Positions 1 through 47,600 of a stretch of DNA of 64,000 nt are shown piece by piece. The position numbers were made by a program, and so were the translations under genes. The notes under the pieces are model-generated. The model saw only the letters and a program-made list of their open reading frames with translations. It ran no database searches and had not been told where the DNA came from. The stretch covers positions 13,020,001-13,084,000 of the forward strand of contig CM022668.1 in NCBI GenBank assembly GCA_012295275.1. The letters run 5' to 3'. How positions within the stretch are numbered: position 1 is the first letter of the stretch; each line of letters opens with the position of its first letter. The DNA comes from Chrysomallon squamiferum. Its lineage: Eukaryota; Animalia; Mollusca.

Positions 1-309
1 TTTTACTTTCATATACAGTTTCCCCATGTTCTGTTGTACACATCTGTTTCTGATCTTTCAGGTGTAATAAAACATAAGTTACAGTATCTCCTAAGTCTAT
101 CCCAAATTGTTTTAAAAGGAATTTTAATAGAAGTATAAAATTAAAAATTGGTTTAAATCTGTGTTTTTTTTGTCATCTGAACATTGATCAAGTTTGTTTT
201 TGTGGTATAAAGTTTTATTGCAAGCATTTTAAAACAGTTCTCTTAAAATGAGAAAAAATGTTTTGATTATAAATACGTGTGTGTGTGTGTGTGTTTTTAT
301 ATGAATTTT

Positions 310-826
310 TATGATAATTATTATTATTACATTGTTGTTATTACTATATGTTAATCTTATTATCATCATCATCATTGTTGTTACTGATTTTGTTATCATC
401 ATCATCATCTCATTATTATCACTATTATTATTGTTATTATTAGTATTATCATTATTACCATTATTACTGTTGCTATTATTATCATCATTATAATCATTAT
501 CATCATTATTATCATTATTACTATTATTACTATCATTATTATTACTACTACTACTATTATTAATATCATTATTATTACTATTACTGTTACTATTGTTACT
601 ATTATTATTATTGCTATTGTTATTATTATTACTACTATTATTACTATATTTACTATTACTATTATTATTATTATTAATATTATTACTACTACTACTACTA
701 CTACTACTATTACTATTTTTACTATTATTATTTTTACTATTATTACTATTATTATTATTATTATCACTATAATTTCTATTATTATTACTATTATTACTAT
801 TACTGTTATTGTTACTGTTATTACAG
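310..826. repeat. (TAT/TAC/CAT)n trinucleotide low-complexity tract
   Basis: Direct inspection; source of spurious poly-N/I/L ORFs. Confidence 0.9.
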
Positions 827-20769
<19,943 letters not shown>

Positions 20770-21699
20770 TGATGACCTTTGCAACCCCCCCAGCCCAGCC
20801 CTTGTTGCTATGGCAACTGCCAAAGGAGTTATCTCTACTGGTGTATGTTTACTGTGTGATCTTGAGTGAAGTAATGTAACATGTAAAATACCTTTCATAG
20901 ACAGCCTTATTATTCAGTTCTTGCCATGGCTTCAGGGCAGAGTTTTGTGTCGTCATGGTGACTGTTCATCGAAGATTTTGATTGGTTGTGCCTGAAGCGA
21001 TAGCTAAAACAACTAGTCAGCAGACAGTAATGTAGTTTGGTGATGCAGTCTGTTTATTTATATTTTAAAAATCAGTTGCCGTGGTAACTGATAACAGTTT
21101 TAAGAAAACACCAAAAAATATTGATCATGATTAAATTGTGTATTTTGGAAATAGAAATTTATCAATTTTTTTTTTAAAAAGAAGAGAAGAAGAAATAACT
21201 GTTCATTTGATTATTGATATTGTAAAGATGGACAGATAATAATAACAAAGTAACAAATGAAGAGTAATATGTAACAGTAAATTCTCTTTCACCGTTTCAT
21301 TTCGAATTATTAACTAACTGATGCAAAAATAAAATCACTGTTAATAATCATAACCCAAATTAGATGACCTTTGTCATGTGGGGGGGTGGACAGTTAACAA
21401 AAAAAAAAAAAATAATAATTTAATTAAAATAGTAATTCACACCCACATTAACTATAAATAATGATGACAATCTGTTCTTCTTCTTATTATTATTTTTCCC
21501 TCTTCTGTGTATTTCACTGTATTTGAAAATAATAAAAATGATTTATTTTGAGTGTTTCAGGGTGAACTTGTTGATGAATTTTGTGTGCGAAAAAAATATT
21601 ATTAGTTTTTAATGTCGATATGCTCTCAATTTTCCACGCAAAAATATTGATACTACAGAATAAGATTATTTTGGTAAATTTTGATAGCGATATGTTGAT

Positions 21700-22340
21700 A
21701 GACATTACTAATTATTGATGATGATAATTATGTTAGGGTAATTAAGCACCTTAAAGAATTTCTGTTGATAATATTTATTGATGGCATCAAATTCATAATA
21801 TGTTGATAATCTTCATTGGCAATATTTTATCAATTCTCAGTAACATGTTGTTATTTTATCAACCTTCATGTTGATATTATCAATCTTTTTAGTATGTTGA
21901 TAATTTTTTTTATCAATCTTCAATGAGATGTAGATAATCTTTGTTGATAATAATTTATCAATATATAGTAACATGTTGATTATAATTTATCAATCTACAG
22001 ACATGTTAATAATAAATTTTGATAATATCAGTAATCTTTATTGATAAAATCTTCATCAGTTATAATCAGAATATTGATAATTTTTAATGACAGTACTTTT
22101 ATGTTCAGTGACATATTGATAATTTGACTATCAATGATAATAATAATTATAAATGACTATCAATGATAATAATGATAATTTTTAACGACAATCAAAGATA
22201 ATATTGATAATTTATAATAATAACTATCAATGATAATAATGATAATAATGTTCAATAATAACTATCAATGATAATAATAATAATAATAATTTTTAATAAT
22301 GACTATCAATGATAATATTGATAATATTTATTGATAATGT
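21700..22340. repeat. Degenerate TTGATAAT-rich tandem repeat downstream of the OSBP stop
   Basis: Recurrent TTGATAAT and ACTATCAATGATAAT motifs. Confidence 0.65.
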
Positions 22341-23573
22341 TACTCTTTGTAGAAATAAATGTCAAACCTGAGTTAAAATATTTTGATCAAATTACGAATG
22401 ACAGTATGTTACGAAGATCTGCATAAAGTAGATGCACACAAATATTCAAAACCTCATCCTTCTTTTTGGTTTTAATATTTTATCATTAGACCATGACAGT
22501 ATAGTGATATTATTATTTTTATTTTTACTTTTTTTTTGTTTTTGTTATATTACATATACTGTTGTCTTTATTAAAATTTATTTTAAATTAATTAATCAAG
22601 AAACGAATGGGTATGAAGGCTAGACGTTTTTTTTTAAATTCTTTTCTTTGTTCAAGTAGAAGTGATGTTCTTAGGTATACGAGTTCGATTCCAGGAATGT
22701 GCTGTCCACTTAAAATTGAATTGGGTTAGCTAACACATGTTTTTATTTTTTTTAATTTAGGTAAATAGTTATTTATATTTTAGTCACATTTGATTATTTT
22801 TAAGGTATGTGGGTTCAATTCTAAGAATATTCTGTGTGTGTAAAATCAGATAGGGTTTTTTGTAAGACGTCATTTTAAGAAACCAGTTTTCAATGGCCTG
22901 GTCTGGTTTGTCTGAAGGTATCTGGGTTCAATTCCAAGGATATCTATGTAAATTAGCCATGGATAACAAGCCACACCTCTTTTAATTAATCATGTAACAG
23001 TGTAACCTTCTACCTTGTAACAATGTTTGTATTAAATAATGTAATTTTTATTATAATGATACTGAAAATGAAATATTATCTTATTATATGTGAAGAAAAA
23101 AAAAAAAAAAACAACCACAGAAAGTTTGCTGTGTATTTGTTATTGTTAATGGTTAAAACCCATACAAAATTTGTATTCAGGTTTTCACAAGTATTAAAAA
23201 AAATAAAAGAAAAGCTTTTTTTTTTTTTATTGCTGTAATCATAAAGTACTATGTATATAGTTTGCAATGAAAGAGAAATTATTAAAATATTTTCTTATAG
23301 ATTTCACTTATTTCTCTCTCTGTCTGTCTGTCTGTCTCTCTCCCCCTCTATATATAAATTATGAGATAAAAAGATTTATTAATATACTGTTACCTGCTGC
23401 ATGCTAATTTTTATTGTTGGGGATTATTATCATGATGAAATATTGTTTGAAATGTGTTCAGCATATTTTTATTTTGTTATTTAGAGATCTTACTATTTAT
23501 GTGATTTTTATTCTTTCTTATATATATTCCAGAATGAAGTTTATGAAATTAACTCACTTACACATATATGATC

Positions 23574-23604
<31 letters not shown>

Positions 23605-25221
23605 TAAAGAAAAAAACACAAAAAAAACATCCACAAACTCTGTTATGAAGTTAGTCATTATTTAAGAAAGGGCCATTGCTATCAGTGTAAAGTTTTATAT
23701 TAAAAAAAACCCCAAAACCCAATAAATAATAATAATTAAAAGAATACCAAAAGAAAGAAAAAATATTGATTCAGATCCCACCTTATTTACTCAGTTTTCT
23801 TTTTATTTCAAAATTTACAATGAAATAAAATAAACACTGCCAATAGATTTTTAATTTTTATTTATTTTTAAACTGGAGTTATTTCCCTTCTGCCGTTATT
23901 ATTGATTGTACATTTTATTTTATTTAAGTCATCTCAACGTTTTTAGAAAGACATATCCTGAATTTAGATATTGATTTCTTTTTCTTTTTATATTTACTTA
24001 ATTAATTATAAGGTTGTGCTTTTTCTTTCTGCTTTTTTTTTTTTTTTTTAAACTTTGATATGCTTATTTCATCATTATTATTATTATTATTACTTTATTA
24101 TAAAATTGTTTGCAATCATATATAAGAATATTGTAAAGATCTGTTATGTATTTTAAAACAGTTTGGTTAAATTCTGTTTTAGTTTTGAAAATACTATTCT
24201 GGTTGTGTTTTTAAATAATATTTATCTTCCTGTTTCTGATCTCTCTGTCTCTTCCATCTTTTGTCTTTTTTCAGTATTTCTTTATTTCGCATTGTATTTG
24301 TGTTATTCTCTCATTCTCTCGCTCTCTCTCTGTCCTACTTATTAAAAAAAAAAAATTGTGTCTACTTAAATATTCTTACAAAGGTCACATATCACTTTAT
24401 GTAATATTGAAATCGTCACTTTGTGCTTACTCAGTCTTTCAAGTTAATTGCTCTGATGAACGGGACATTGTTTTTTTCCATTTGTAATATATCTATATTA
24501 AATATTTACCTCTGTGTGTAAAATAATTGTTTTATCAGGGTTAATGCTAGTTAAGTTTGTTAATCTGTAATAATATACAAGTCATTATATATCTATATCT
24601 AGACATAATAATGACGTTATTTTCATGTCATATCTTATTATTATTATTATTATTATTAATATTAATATTATAGTTATTAATATAGCAATATCACTACTCG
24701 TGGCAGTAGCTAGTGACTTCCATATCAGTTCACAATATTCAGAAGCCAAGGATTCTGGTTCAAATCCTTTCAGGGGATGTCGATTAATTTAAATTAATAT
24801 TATTATTAATATTATTATTACCATTATTAATGTATTTTTATTTATTTTATAAATTTGTGTGAATCATGACCACTAGTAATTGAGGACATTGTGTGATTTT
24901 TAAATTGTTTACAAAGACCATGAGAATTAAATATATATATAATTATATGAGCTATGCAGATTATGTTATACAATATATAAGTAAATAAAATGCTTAAAAA
25001 TGTTCTTATTTTTGTTTCGTTATTAATTATTAAAATGTGTACAGTATTGCACTAAAATATATATATTTATCAAAGCATATATAATGTATTTTCCTGTTTA
25101 TAGGAAGGATCAAATAAAGAATTATTCTTGCTAAATGAAAAAAAGAGTTACCCTGTTATTTCAGAAATGCTGTATTGATGTATATCATTGTTTTTTTTTT
25201 TTTTTTTTTTTAATCCATATA

Positions 25222-25255
<34 letters not shown>

Positions 25256-25289
25256 GGTCAAGTATTCTATAACATTATAACTGTATATA

Positions 25290-25329
<40 letters not shown>

Positions 25330-26211
25330 ACAACATAAAAACACACACACCAAAAAAATCTGCACCATATTTATCTTGAATTTTTAATTTGCAATTTTCC
25401 TTTTATAGCAAAACTTGTCAGTAACATAATTTCAAAAACAAACACACAAACAAAACGGTATATGAGTATATTGCACATATGTACTGTCTACATACAAAAT
25501 GTAAGCATTATTCAAGGTATATTATAAAAACAGCTTTATTCCATAGTCTAAAAGACGTTCATACCAAAAATGAATGGCACATACACATTGCAAAAACAAA
25601 ATTTAAAAACATAAGATTCAGAATTATCTAACTAAAAATATTAGGAATAAATTATTACATGTAAATAAATAAAAATATAGATAAACAAGTAAATAACATA
25701 ACAGTATTAAATAGTTAATAGTTAAGCAGATCTGAAAAAAAATGTCACAGATATTCAGGACATGCATAAAAATGATATTTTATTTTATATGTGTTTCTAA
25801 CTTGAAACATCACCAGGTACTACTTAAAATTGCTAAAACTCACATAAATCATACAGAATACAGAATACAGTTTTACATGCCACCATAAACATAGAATTTG
25901 CTAATTTACTTTTTTTTTTTTTTTTTTGGAATGTGGACAAAGTGGACAAACTGTAAATAAAATTTAAATATTTTTAATTAGGATTTAAAAGTACAACAAT
26001 TCAAAATGTCGGGTCATCTATGCATATTCCAAAAAAAAAAAAAAAAAAAAAATAAAAAGGCAATTTCTTGTTTAGGGTGTACATTAGGTAATATGAAAAG
26101 TAACTTAAATTTATTTTGCTATATTTTTACTGTTGTTTTTGCAGATGATTTGCTTTAGTTTGTTGACATTTTAACTTTTTGTGAAGGAATAAAATGGTGG
26201 CATTCGGATCC

Positions 26212-26255
<44 letters not shown>

Positions 26256-26837
26256 TAAAAAGAAAAAAAAAAAGAGAGACAAGATGATTGCATGCATATA
26301 AATGAAAACAGAAAATAATTTTAAACAATTTTTTTTACAAAGTTACGCATTTTTACTTGTTAAACGTACGTATATTAATGCATGTGGTACAAAACACTCG
26401 TATTAAACCTGGGTATTTCTCTGACTGTTTACAAGTCATCTACACTTCACTGCTCACAAAACTTCAACTCTATTAAAAACACTAAAATCCAAGCCTGTAC
26501 TTTTGATCACAATTAATTTTCAGGGCACAAATGGCTTATAAAACCCATCAACACAACAACAGACATGTAAAAGAAATCATTACACATGCTTTTTATGTAT
26601 ATATTTGTATTTATATATGTGTGTTTATGTATGTGTGTGTGTGTATATATGTATGTAGGTAAATGCATGTACTGATGTATGTATGCTAACTTGTGATATA
26701 AAATTGTTAAAATAAGCTCCAGAATTCTTAACCCAGTGTACATTTTATTACTAAATAAATATATAAATAATGGTCATGATGACAACAATAATAACATTAA
26801 ACAGAAAATATAATAGTAGTAGTAGTAGTAGTAAAGT

Positions 26838-26908
<71 letters not shown>

Positions 26909-27385
26909 CATTGTCATCATCAAAATAATAAATAAAGTAATAAGTAAGTAAATAAATAAAAGAAAACTTTTACACCAGTAAATAAGATATATGTATTCAT
27001 TGATATATAATACATAAATTATCTCCTACAGTGTTGTACCATATGCCTTACTCTTATTCATTAACAAAGAAATACATACCTACGTTCCTCTGTTTTCAGA
27101 ACTTTTTTATCTAATCAAGAAGACACATTCTTCCATTCTTATGACTTGTTACCAACGGCAGTGATTCACTATTTAATATTCATCCCAAAATACTCACCGA
27201 TTTTCCTACGTTTTCCTTTATTTCAAATGACGAGTTTTCACATATAGTAGACCCTCCATTTAACAGACAGTGTGTCATTTGATTATAAAAGTCTGTTAAA
27301 TCGAGTACCATGCATCTTCTGTATGTATCCAAAAATATTTAGTTATGATTTATTGTTCTTGCGTTCAAAGATGAATCTTCACATA

Positions 27386-27736
27386 CAGTAAACCCTCAAT
27401 TAACGGACAAATATGAATAACGTAGTGTCAGTTGTTTTCTAAAGTCCATTAGGTCAAGTATTCTATAACATCATAACTGTATAATATCCAAATATATTTA
27501 TTACTGTTAGATATGATATATAGTTCTGGATTTCAATGACGGATTTTCGCATTCAGTGGACCTTCGATTTACAGACAGAATAAATCGAGTTCTGTAAATA
27601 ATATTATAATCGCATGTATCCAAATACATTCCTCGGTTTCAAAATATAAATTTTTACGTACAATAAAACCTCGATTTTTGGGATAACGGGGGGGGTATCT
27701 GTTGATGTAGAAAGTCTATTAATTAAGAGTTTACTG
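27386..27736. mobile_element. Non-autonomous Tc1/mariner-pogo-type MITE, 351 bp, TA target duplication
   Basis: Left end TA|CAGTAAACCCTCAATTAACGGAC; reverse complement of right end TA|CAGTAAACTCTTAATTAATAGAC. CAGT...ACTG termini flanked by TA are typical of pogo/Tigger. No transposase ORF. Confidence 0.7.
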
Positions 27737-27815
27737 TATATTACAGTTGTAGTGATGTACAGATGGTAGATATATGTCTGGGTCTTGGGGTGTGAGCTGT
27801 ATTTAGGGGTGGGGG

Positions 27816-40987
<13,172 letters not shown>

Positions 40988-41398
40988 CGTCGTTGAAGGC
41001 ACTGTTGAAGCTGCTGAAAGATTGTCTTAGACGTCGTGGTAATTGTCTGAAATGAAAGTCTTTGAAATTTAGCATAATTTATTTAATTTGATTAATTAAT
41101 GTATATGAATGATTTCGTAAACAATTATTGCCAATCTTAAAACATATAAAATTTGTATTATTGTGAATTAGAATATGTATTACTACCAATACAACTATGA
41201 TGCATTTATAATGAAATAACGATAACAACGACAACAACAGTAACACCAAGAACAACGACATAATGATAATGATAATAATGATAATAACGATAATGATAGT
41301 AACAATTATAATAATAATAATAATGATAATAATAATGATGATGATGGTGATGATGATATTAATAATGATGATGACGATTGTGATGGTGATGATGATGA

Positions 41399-41481
<83 letters not shown>

Positions 41482-42224
41482 GTAATAATAAAAATCATAA
41501 ACCTTGATGTCGAATTACCACAAGTCACAGAAAAATTTCCTAGATTAATATTTTTTTTCCTCTCCTTTGCAAACAGTTATTACAAATAGGAAATGACAGA
41601 ATTTTCGACATATGTACACACTTCTAGAAAACGCTGACTGGAATACAAATTAACCCCCCCCCACACCCACCGTCGAAAATCGATTTATCTGCTTGTCTGT
41701 ATGTCTGTCTCCACACGATGCATTAAAACAAGATATTTACACCCATAATCCTCTCCATTAACAAATTATGTCCTGACTCGAACCGTGGATACATTTATAT
41801 GACTTCGTTTTTGTGTCGTTAATGGACGAAAGTTTTGTGGGTTATCTAGCACAAGATCGGTGACCATCCTGTCGTCTGCTATGCGTTTGCGCGCGCTGAA
41901 CGGAATAACCTCGGGATTATTCGCGGATACGTAAACAGCTGTCAGTCGGGAGATATCGGGTACTAAATTTTTTTCGTTTATGTCCGGAAGCATGATGAAC
42001 ATTCGCATGAATTCGATCTTACCGACGATATGAAAATTGTATTTCGCACGCTCGAAACGGTTTAATTAAGTGTCAATTAGAAGAAAGGAAGATGGCAGCC
42101 TGGGTTAGCTTTTATATTTTTTTATTTTTACACCTAATGAACGGCTAAATCGAGTTTTCGATATATTTTGTTTGTGTGTGTTCTACAGTTTATTTTCTTT
42201 TTTTGTTCATATAGTTTATATTAA

Positions 42225-42320
<96 letters not shown>

Positions 42321-43120
42321 GCACGCAGACAGACAGACAAACAACACATACACGTACAAAATAAGAATTATTCTAGTTTGCTCTGTGTGAAGAATTATAC
42401 TAGCGTGATTAAAAAATAATACAACATTTCGTTTTACATAAGTAATATAAGTTAAAGCAACAAAAACATAGCTTCTATCAACAGTTATCTCTTTGTAAGT
42501 GCTTATCAATAATATATCTTCGTTAGAAGGCTAATCTTAGACATTACAGATCACGTGATCATAACTTCCGCTCCTACCTGAGCTCCTCATATTAGTTTTA
42601 TCAAAAACAGCATTTATGTCTTCCTACGTATAGGTTGGTGCATGTTAAAAAATCTCTTCTTGCTAATCGAAAAAGGTAATCCATCACATGTAGAGACATT
42701 ATGAGTGTTGTTTAAATGCAACGTGTTTTTTTTCTTGTTTTTTTTTTTAAATTATTAGTTGGCAAACAGCCGTTCAATAACTTGTTCCTGCTCAAGTAGG
42801 TAATGTCTAGACTTCACTTGTATCACAAGTGTTAGTGCTAAAGATCTGAAAAATATCATCACCGTATGTCAATTTACCCTTGTACAAATATGACGTGTAC
42901 ACACGTATGTCAATTTACCCTTGTACAAATATGACGCGTACATACGTATGTTATTACATGTAAATACGTATATTAATTTATCTTTGTGCAAATATTACGT
43001 GGTTCTTGTCAAAACCGGAAAAGGTTGTTGTTTTAATTATAGTTGCATTTTATTGGAATAATAAACTCATATTTATACTGACATTCATACTATACTCATA
43101 ACACATGCATATTCATACCA

Positions 43121-43163
<43 letters not shown>

Positions 43164-44335
43164 TGGAATGAATGCTTCGAAATTTTATTAAGAAAAATAG
43201 AAAATGTAGTTGTTTTTTTGTTGTTTTCTTTATCACAGGATTGTGTACTTCATAATTTCATTACAAAATTGTTAAATTATTTCATTACTTTCCTTAATGG
43301 CCTGCTCTTTTTCCTTAGGTGGTAGGTAATGAAGAGACACAAGAAGAAGGTGTTTTATTTAATGACGTAAAATATTCAATAATCTGCAGTCATTATGACC
43401 TCATTATGACGTCATACGCATTGTTACGGATCAAATACATAATTAAAAAAAAGGAAACCCCAGGCCGCTACGATTAGCAGAAAGGTTTTAATAAACCACT
43501 TGTGAGCGCGGGTGGAACGTGAAATACATAATAGGCGCACCGAGAACGAGCGGTCATACCAATGCCTAAACCGGAATTATTAAAATAATCCTCTAAATTA
43601 ACCATATTAAAAAAGTGGGTTTTATTTTATTTTATTTATTCATTTGTTTCTTTATTATTATTATTTTTTTTAATTTAACATATTTAGTCTAATTCTTTCA
43701 GACATAAATAAGCATGTTGTGCACGACAGACTCACAAAAACATGCGCGAAGGATATGATTAAAAAAATCCAATATACGCAGACGACAGAATCAGCTAAAT
43801 TTTAACACACACACACACAAACACACATACACACACAACACACAGAGAGACGTACACAAAAGCAGACTTGCATAAAAATAACAATATAAAAAAAAAACAA
43901 AAAAAACAATGCTCGCAGACAACAGAATTAGCTAAGTATTTAACCTACACAAAACAAAAAACACGAAGAAACACAGCTAATTAGAAAAGAGAACTCGATA
44001 ACAAAAACTAATTTCTGCAGACTATATAATTAAAAAAAAAATAAAAATAAAAAAAAGAAAAAATGAAAGAAAAGAAAAAAAAAAAAAAAAAAAAAAATTT
44101 AAATTGCGCAGACGACATTTACATTTTATCTCGGTTAAAATCGACCAAACAATGCAACCACAACCACGCGCTTGCTTTCCCGTTCCACAAGGTTCGAATT
44201 CTATTCGCTTCTCGACTGTTAATTTAACTGCGACACAATTTAACCTGAAACTATCTCCTCAAGGATAGGTGTACGGGCCATGCGTGAATATAGGTGATTG
44301 GAGAGGGGGGGGTATCTTTATCTTTATCTTTTCTT

Positions 44336-44377
<42 letters not shown>

Positions 44378-44594
44378 CACGTTTTATTTTCACGATTTTT
44401 ATTGCATTATTCGCTTCATTTTCTTCCTTTTCCTTTTATTTCCCGTTCTTTTTTTTTTTTGTGGCTTTTTGTGGTTTTTTGTTTCCAGCGCATTAAAGTT
44501 TCATTATCGCTGTTTGATTCTTTTTTCTGTGTCATGCTCTGTGAGAAATGTTTATAAATTAAATGAGACACATTTAGCTTGAACTGTGGATGAT

Positions 44595-44685
<91 letters not shown>

Positions 44686-47600
44686 ATACTACTACTACTA
44701 CTACTAATAATGATAATAATATTTAAAAAAAAAAGTTAAAGAAGAACTGGAAACAAATCACAAGACATAAATAAAAATGGCAGTTTTAATCGAGTATCAT
44801 CAAATACTTACGTTATACACACATTACACTACTACTGCTACTACGACAACAACAACAAATAATAATACTATTGTTACTACTACTGCTACTACTACAACCG
44901 CTACAGATGATGCTACTACCACTACAACCACCACTTTTGCTGCTACTATTACTGCTGCTGCTACTACTACTGCTGATATTATTAATATATCTACGACATC
45001 TTCAACTACTACTACCACTACTGCTATTATACAGTTACTACTACAACTACTTTTACTACTACTACTGTTACTAGTACCACTGCTACTATTGCTATTATTA
45101 CTGCTACAACTGTTATTACTACAACAACTATTACTATGTTGCTATTGTTATTAGTACTGCTACTACTAATAAAACGAATATGATGAAAAAGAAGAAGAGC
45201 AATAACAACAGCAATAACAGCAGCAGCAACAATAAATAAATAAATATATATATTAATAATTTTTAGATAACAACATAATTAACCTATATGTGGGCATGTA
45301 TGTGTCTCTGTGTGTGCGCGTATAGACAAACAGTGCAATAGAAATACTTAATGAAAAGCTACACATCATAACAATAGCTTTCCTGTTTAGCAATCTTGCT
45401 GGCTTTGTTACGTGGCAAGTTAATCAAAAACGTTATGCAGGAATATTCCCATTTCCACATTAACCGCAAGTTATTTGTAACAGTTCGTTTTTTTTTTTTC
45501 GTTAATCACACATATCTGTTTTCTTTTAGGTTTTTTTTTTTTTTTCTCTATATTTTTAGCAGTTATTTTATCTTCAAGCTGTAAAGAGATGGATGGGGGG
45601 GGGAGGGAAAAAAAAGAGAAGAATTATCTTCATTTAATGACAGTACATCCGTCATTTTAGACGCTGGAGATACTGCACTCGAAAAATAAAAACAAATTAG
45701 GGCTAATAGAAATATACAGCCGCTACAACCACTGTTATGGAATTATGGGAATGAAAATAAATGACTGTAGCTTAGTGCTTAGTGGGTGGGTATAGCTTAA
45801 AGGTTAGACTGCAGAATTAAATCTCTTTAATACGAGTTATTTCCCGATCTAACCAGAAACTGGCGGTTTGTTTATCAAAGGCTGTTGGTTTTTTTTTTTT
45901 TTTTTTTTCTATAAGCTGGAAGATTCACGTAAAATTTCTTTGTTGATAATCGTTATGAATAGTAGTTCCAAATTACAAGTAATGTATTTATTTATTTATT
46001 TATTTATTTATTTATAATCTGGCAACAGATCTTTGTTAATAATAAAGTCTTAAAACGAAATATAATACATTAGGAGTAAAATTACAGTTCGTATATCACG
46101 TAAGAAAGACAGTAAAAATATGTGTTTCTATAAGTGTGGTATGATGGATGCATACTTGTATGTATATGTGTGTGTGTGTGTGTGAATGTGTATGTTGTTA
46201 CTTATACATATACACACACAGACTGAATATTGTATGTATACAAATATGGACGTATGTAGTCAATCTCTATCTACATGTATATATATTTGTCTATGTATTT
46301 GTCCCTCTTTATGTGTGTGTGTGTGTTTTATTTATCTACATATTTATATACACAGTTTAAAAAAAAACACGTAAATAAAGTGTCAGAACTCACCTTCGGT
46401 TATCGAAACATACTTCCAGAAATAATCTTTTCGTTCCACTCCGGCCAAGAATGCAACAGTTGTCTTTTTCGTTACTTTATTTTATTTTTTACTTCACTTA
46501 TTTCATGGCTGCTAACATTAACTATAAGAGCGAATACGAAACGATTTGTACCGACCGTATTCAACAATATACTCCGATTATCCTAATAATAATAATTTTA
46601 AAAAAAAGCCGTTAGAATTAATCAGAACAAACGAAAACTGAGGTGCATGAATTCCTTGTGCTTACGAACGCCGTCTGTATCTTCTGCCGAAATCGCAGTC
46701 TCTATCGCTTATTTAAAGCGCAAGTCTTTTTATCTATCGTCTGCTTTGAAAACTGCGTGCGGCTCAGTTCCGGTGCAGTACCGATTACATATTCTCTCTC
46801 TTTCTCTCTCTCTCTCTCTCTCGCTCTCTTTAAGCCCGTGATTCTCGTGTAGCAAAAATCCAGACAGCAGTAGAAATATTAACGTTTTTCTTGCTCTCTC
46901 CTAAACGTAGCTCTTATTAAAAAAAATTCGTCCGCCCGCTATTTCTACGACATATGGAAAACCGATACTGGAGTCAGCGAAGCAAAGTTAAATTCCACCG
47001 TCATTCGTGTGCACCGTTTCTCCGTCGATAAAGATACGGCATCAACTGGTGCAGATTATCGAGTGCTTTATTTCTTTCTTTCTTTCGGATTGTTGATGAT
47101 GATGTTGTTAGACATTTAGAGACCTTTTAGTTGGAAAAAAAAGCACTCCCTTACAATAAAAAAAAAACAGCTCCCTCAAAAAACCTACTCGATATAAAGA
47201 GAGAAAGAGATAGAGAGAGATTGTATAAAATGTACATGCATATATTATTTTTATTTTTTTACAAATTATTTCTGTTGTTGTTGTTGTTGTTGTTGTTATT
47301 ATTATTATTATTAATTAATTAATGTGTGTGTATTTATGGTTATATATGTTTGTATGGTTATACGTATGTATGTATTTATGTATGTATAAATATAAATATT
47401 ATTTTTTCTCCGAAAACAGTTCTTTCACTCAAGCACAAAAGAGTAAAATAGTAACGAACTCACTCACAAACATTACGTTCAGCATTACTATCGGTTATTT
47501 CTAAAGATGTTAATGATAATTATTATCATTATCTTAATTACAAACTGATTTATCAGTATTATTAATATCTGATAACAGAGTAACGTTTCAATGGCTTGAA

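Noticed and set aside
22670-22950. tRNA genes (GTTCGATTCC/GTTCAATTC B-box-like motifs; similar at ~24755, ~36100, ~44190, ~50635)
   Set aside because: Only T-arm-like fragments with no cloverleaf or anticodon stem; at most decayed tRNA-derived SINE heads.
42600-45890. Decayed SINE-like fragments near 42610, 43340-43560 and 45770
   Set aside because: They resemble, from memory only, a gastropod interspersed repeat; boundaries and identity cannot be supported without a repeat-library search.
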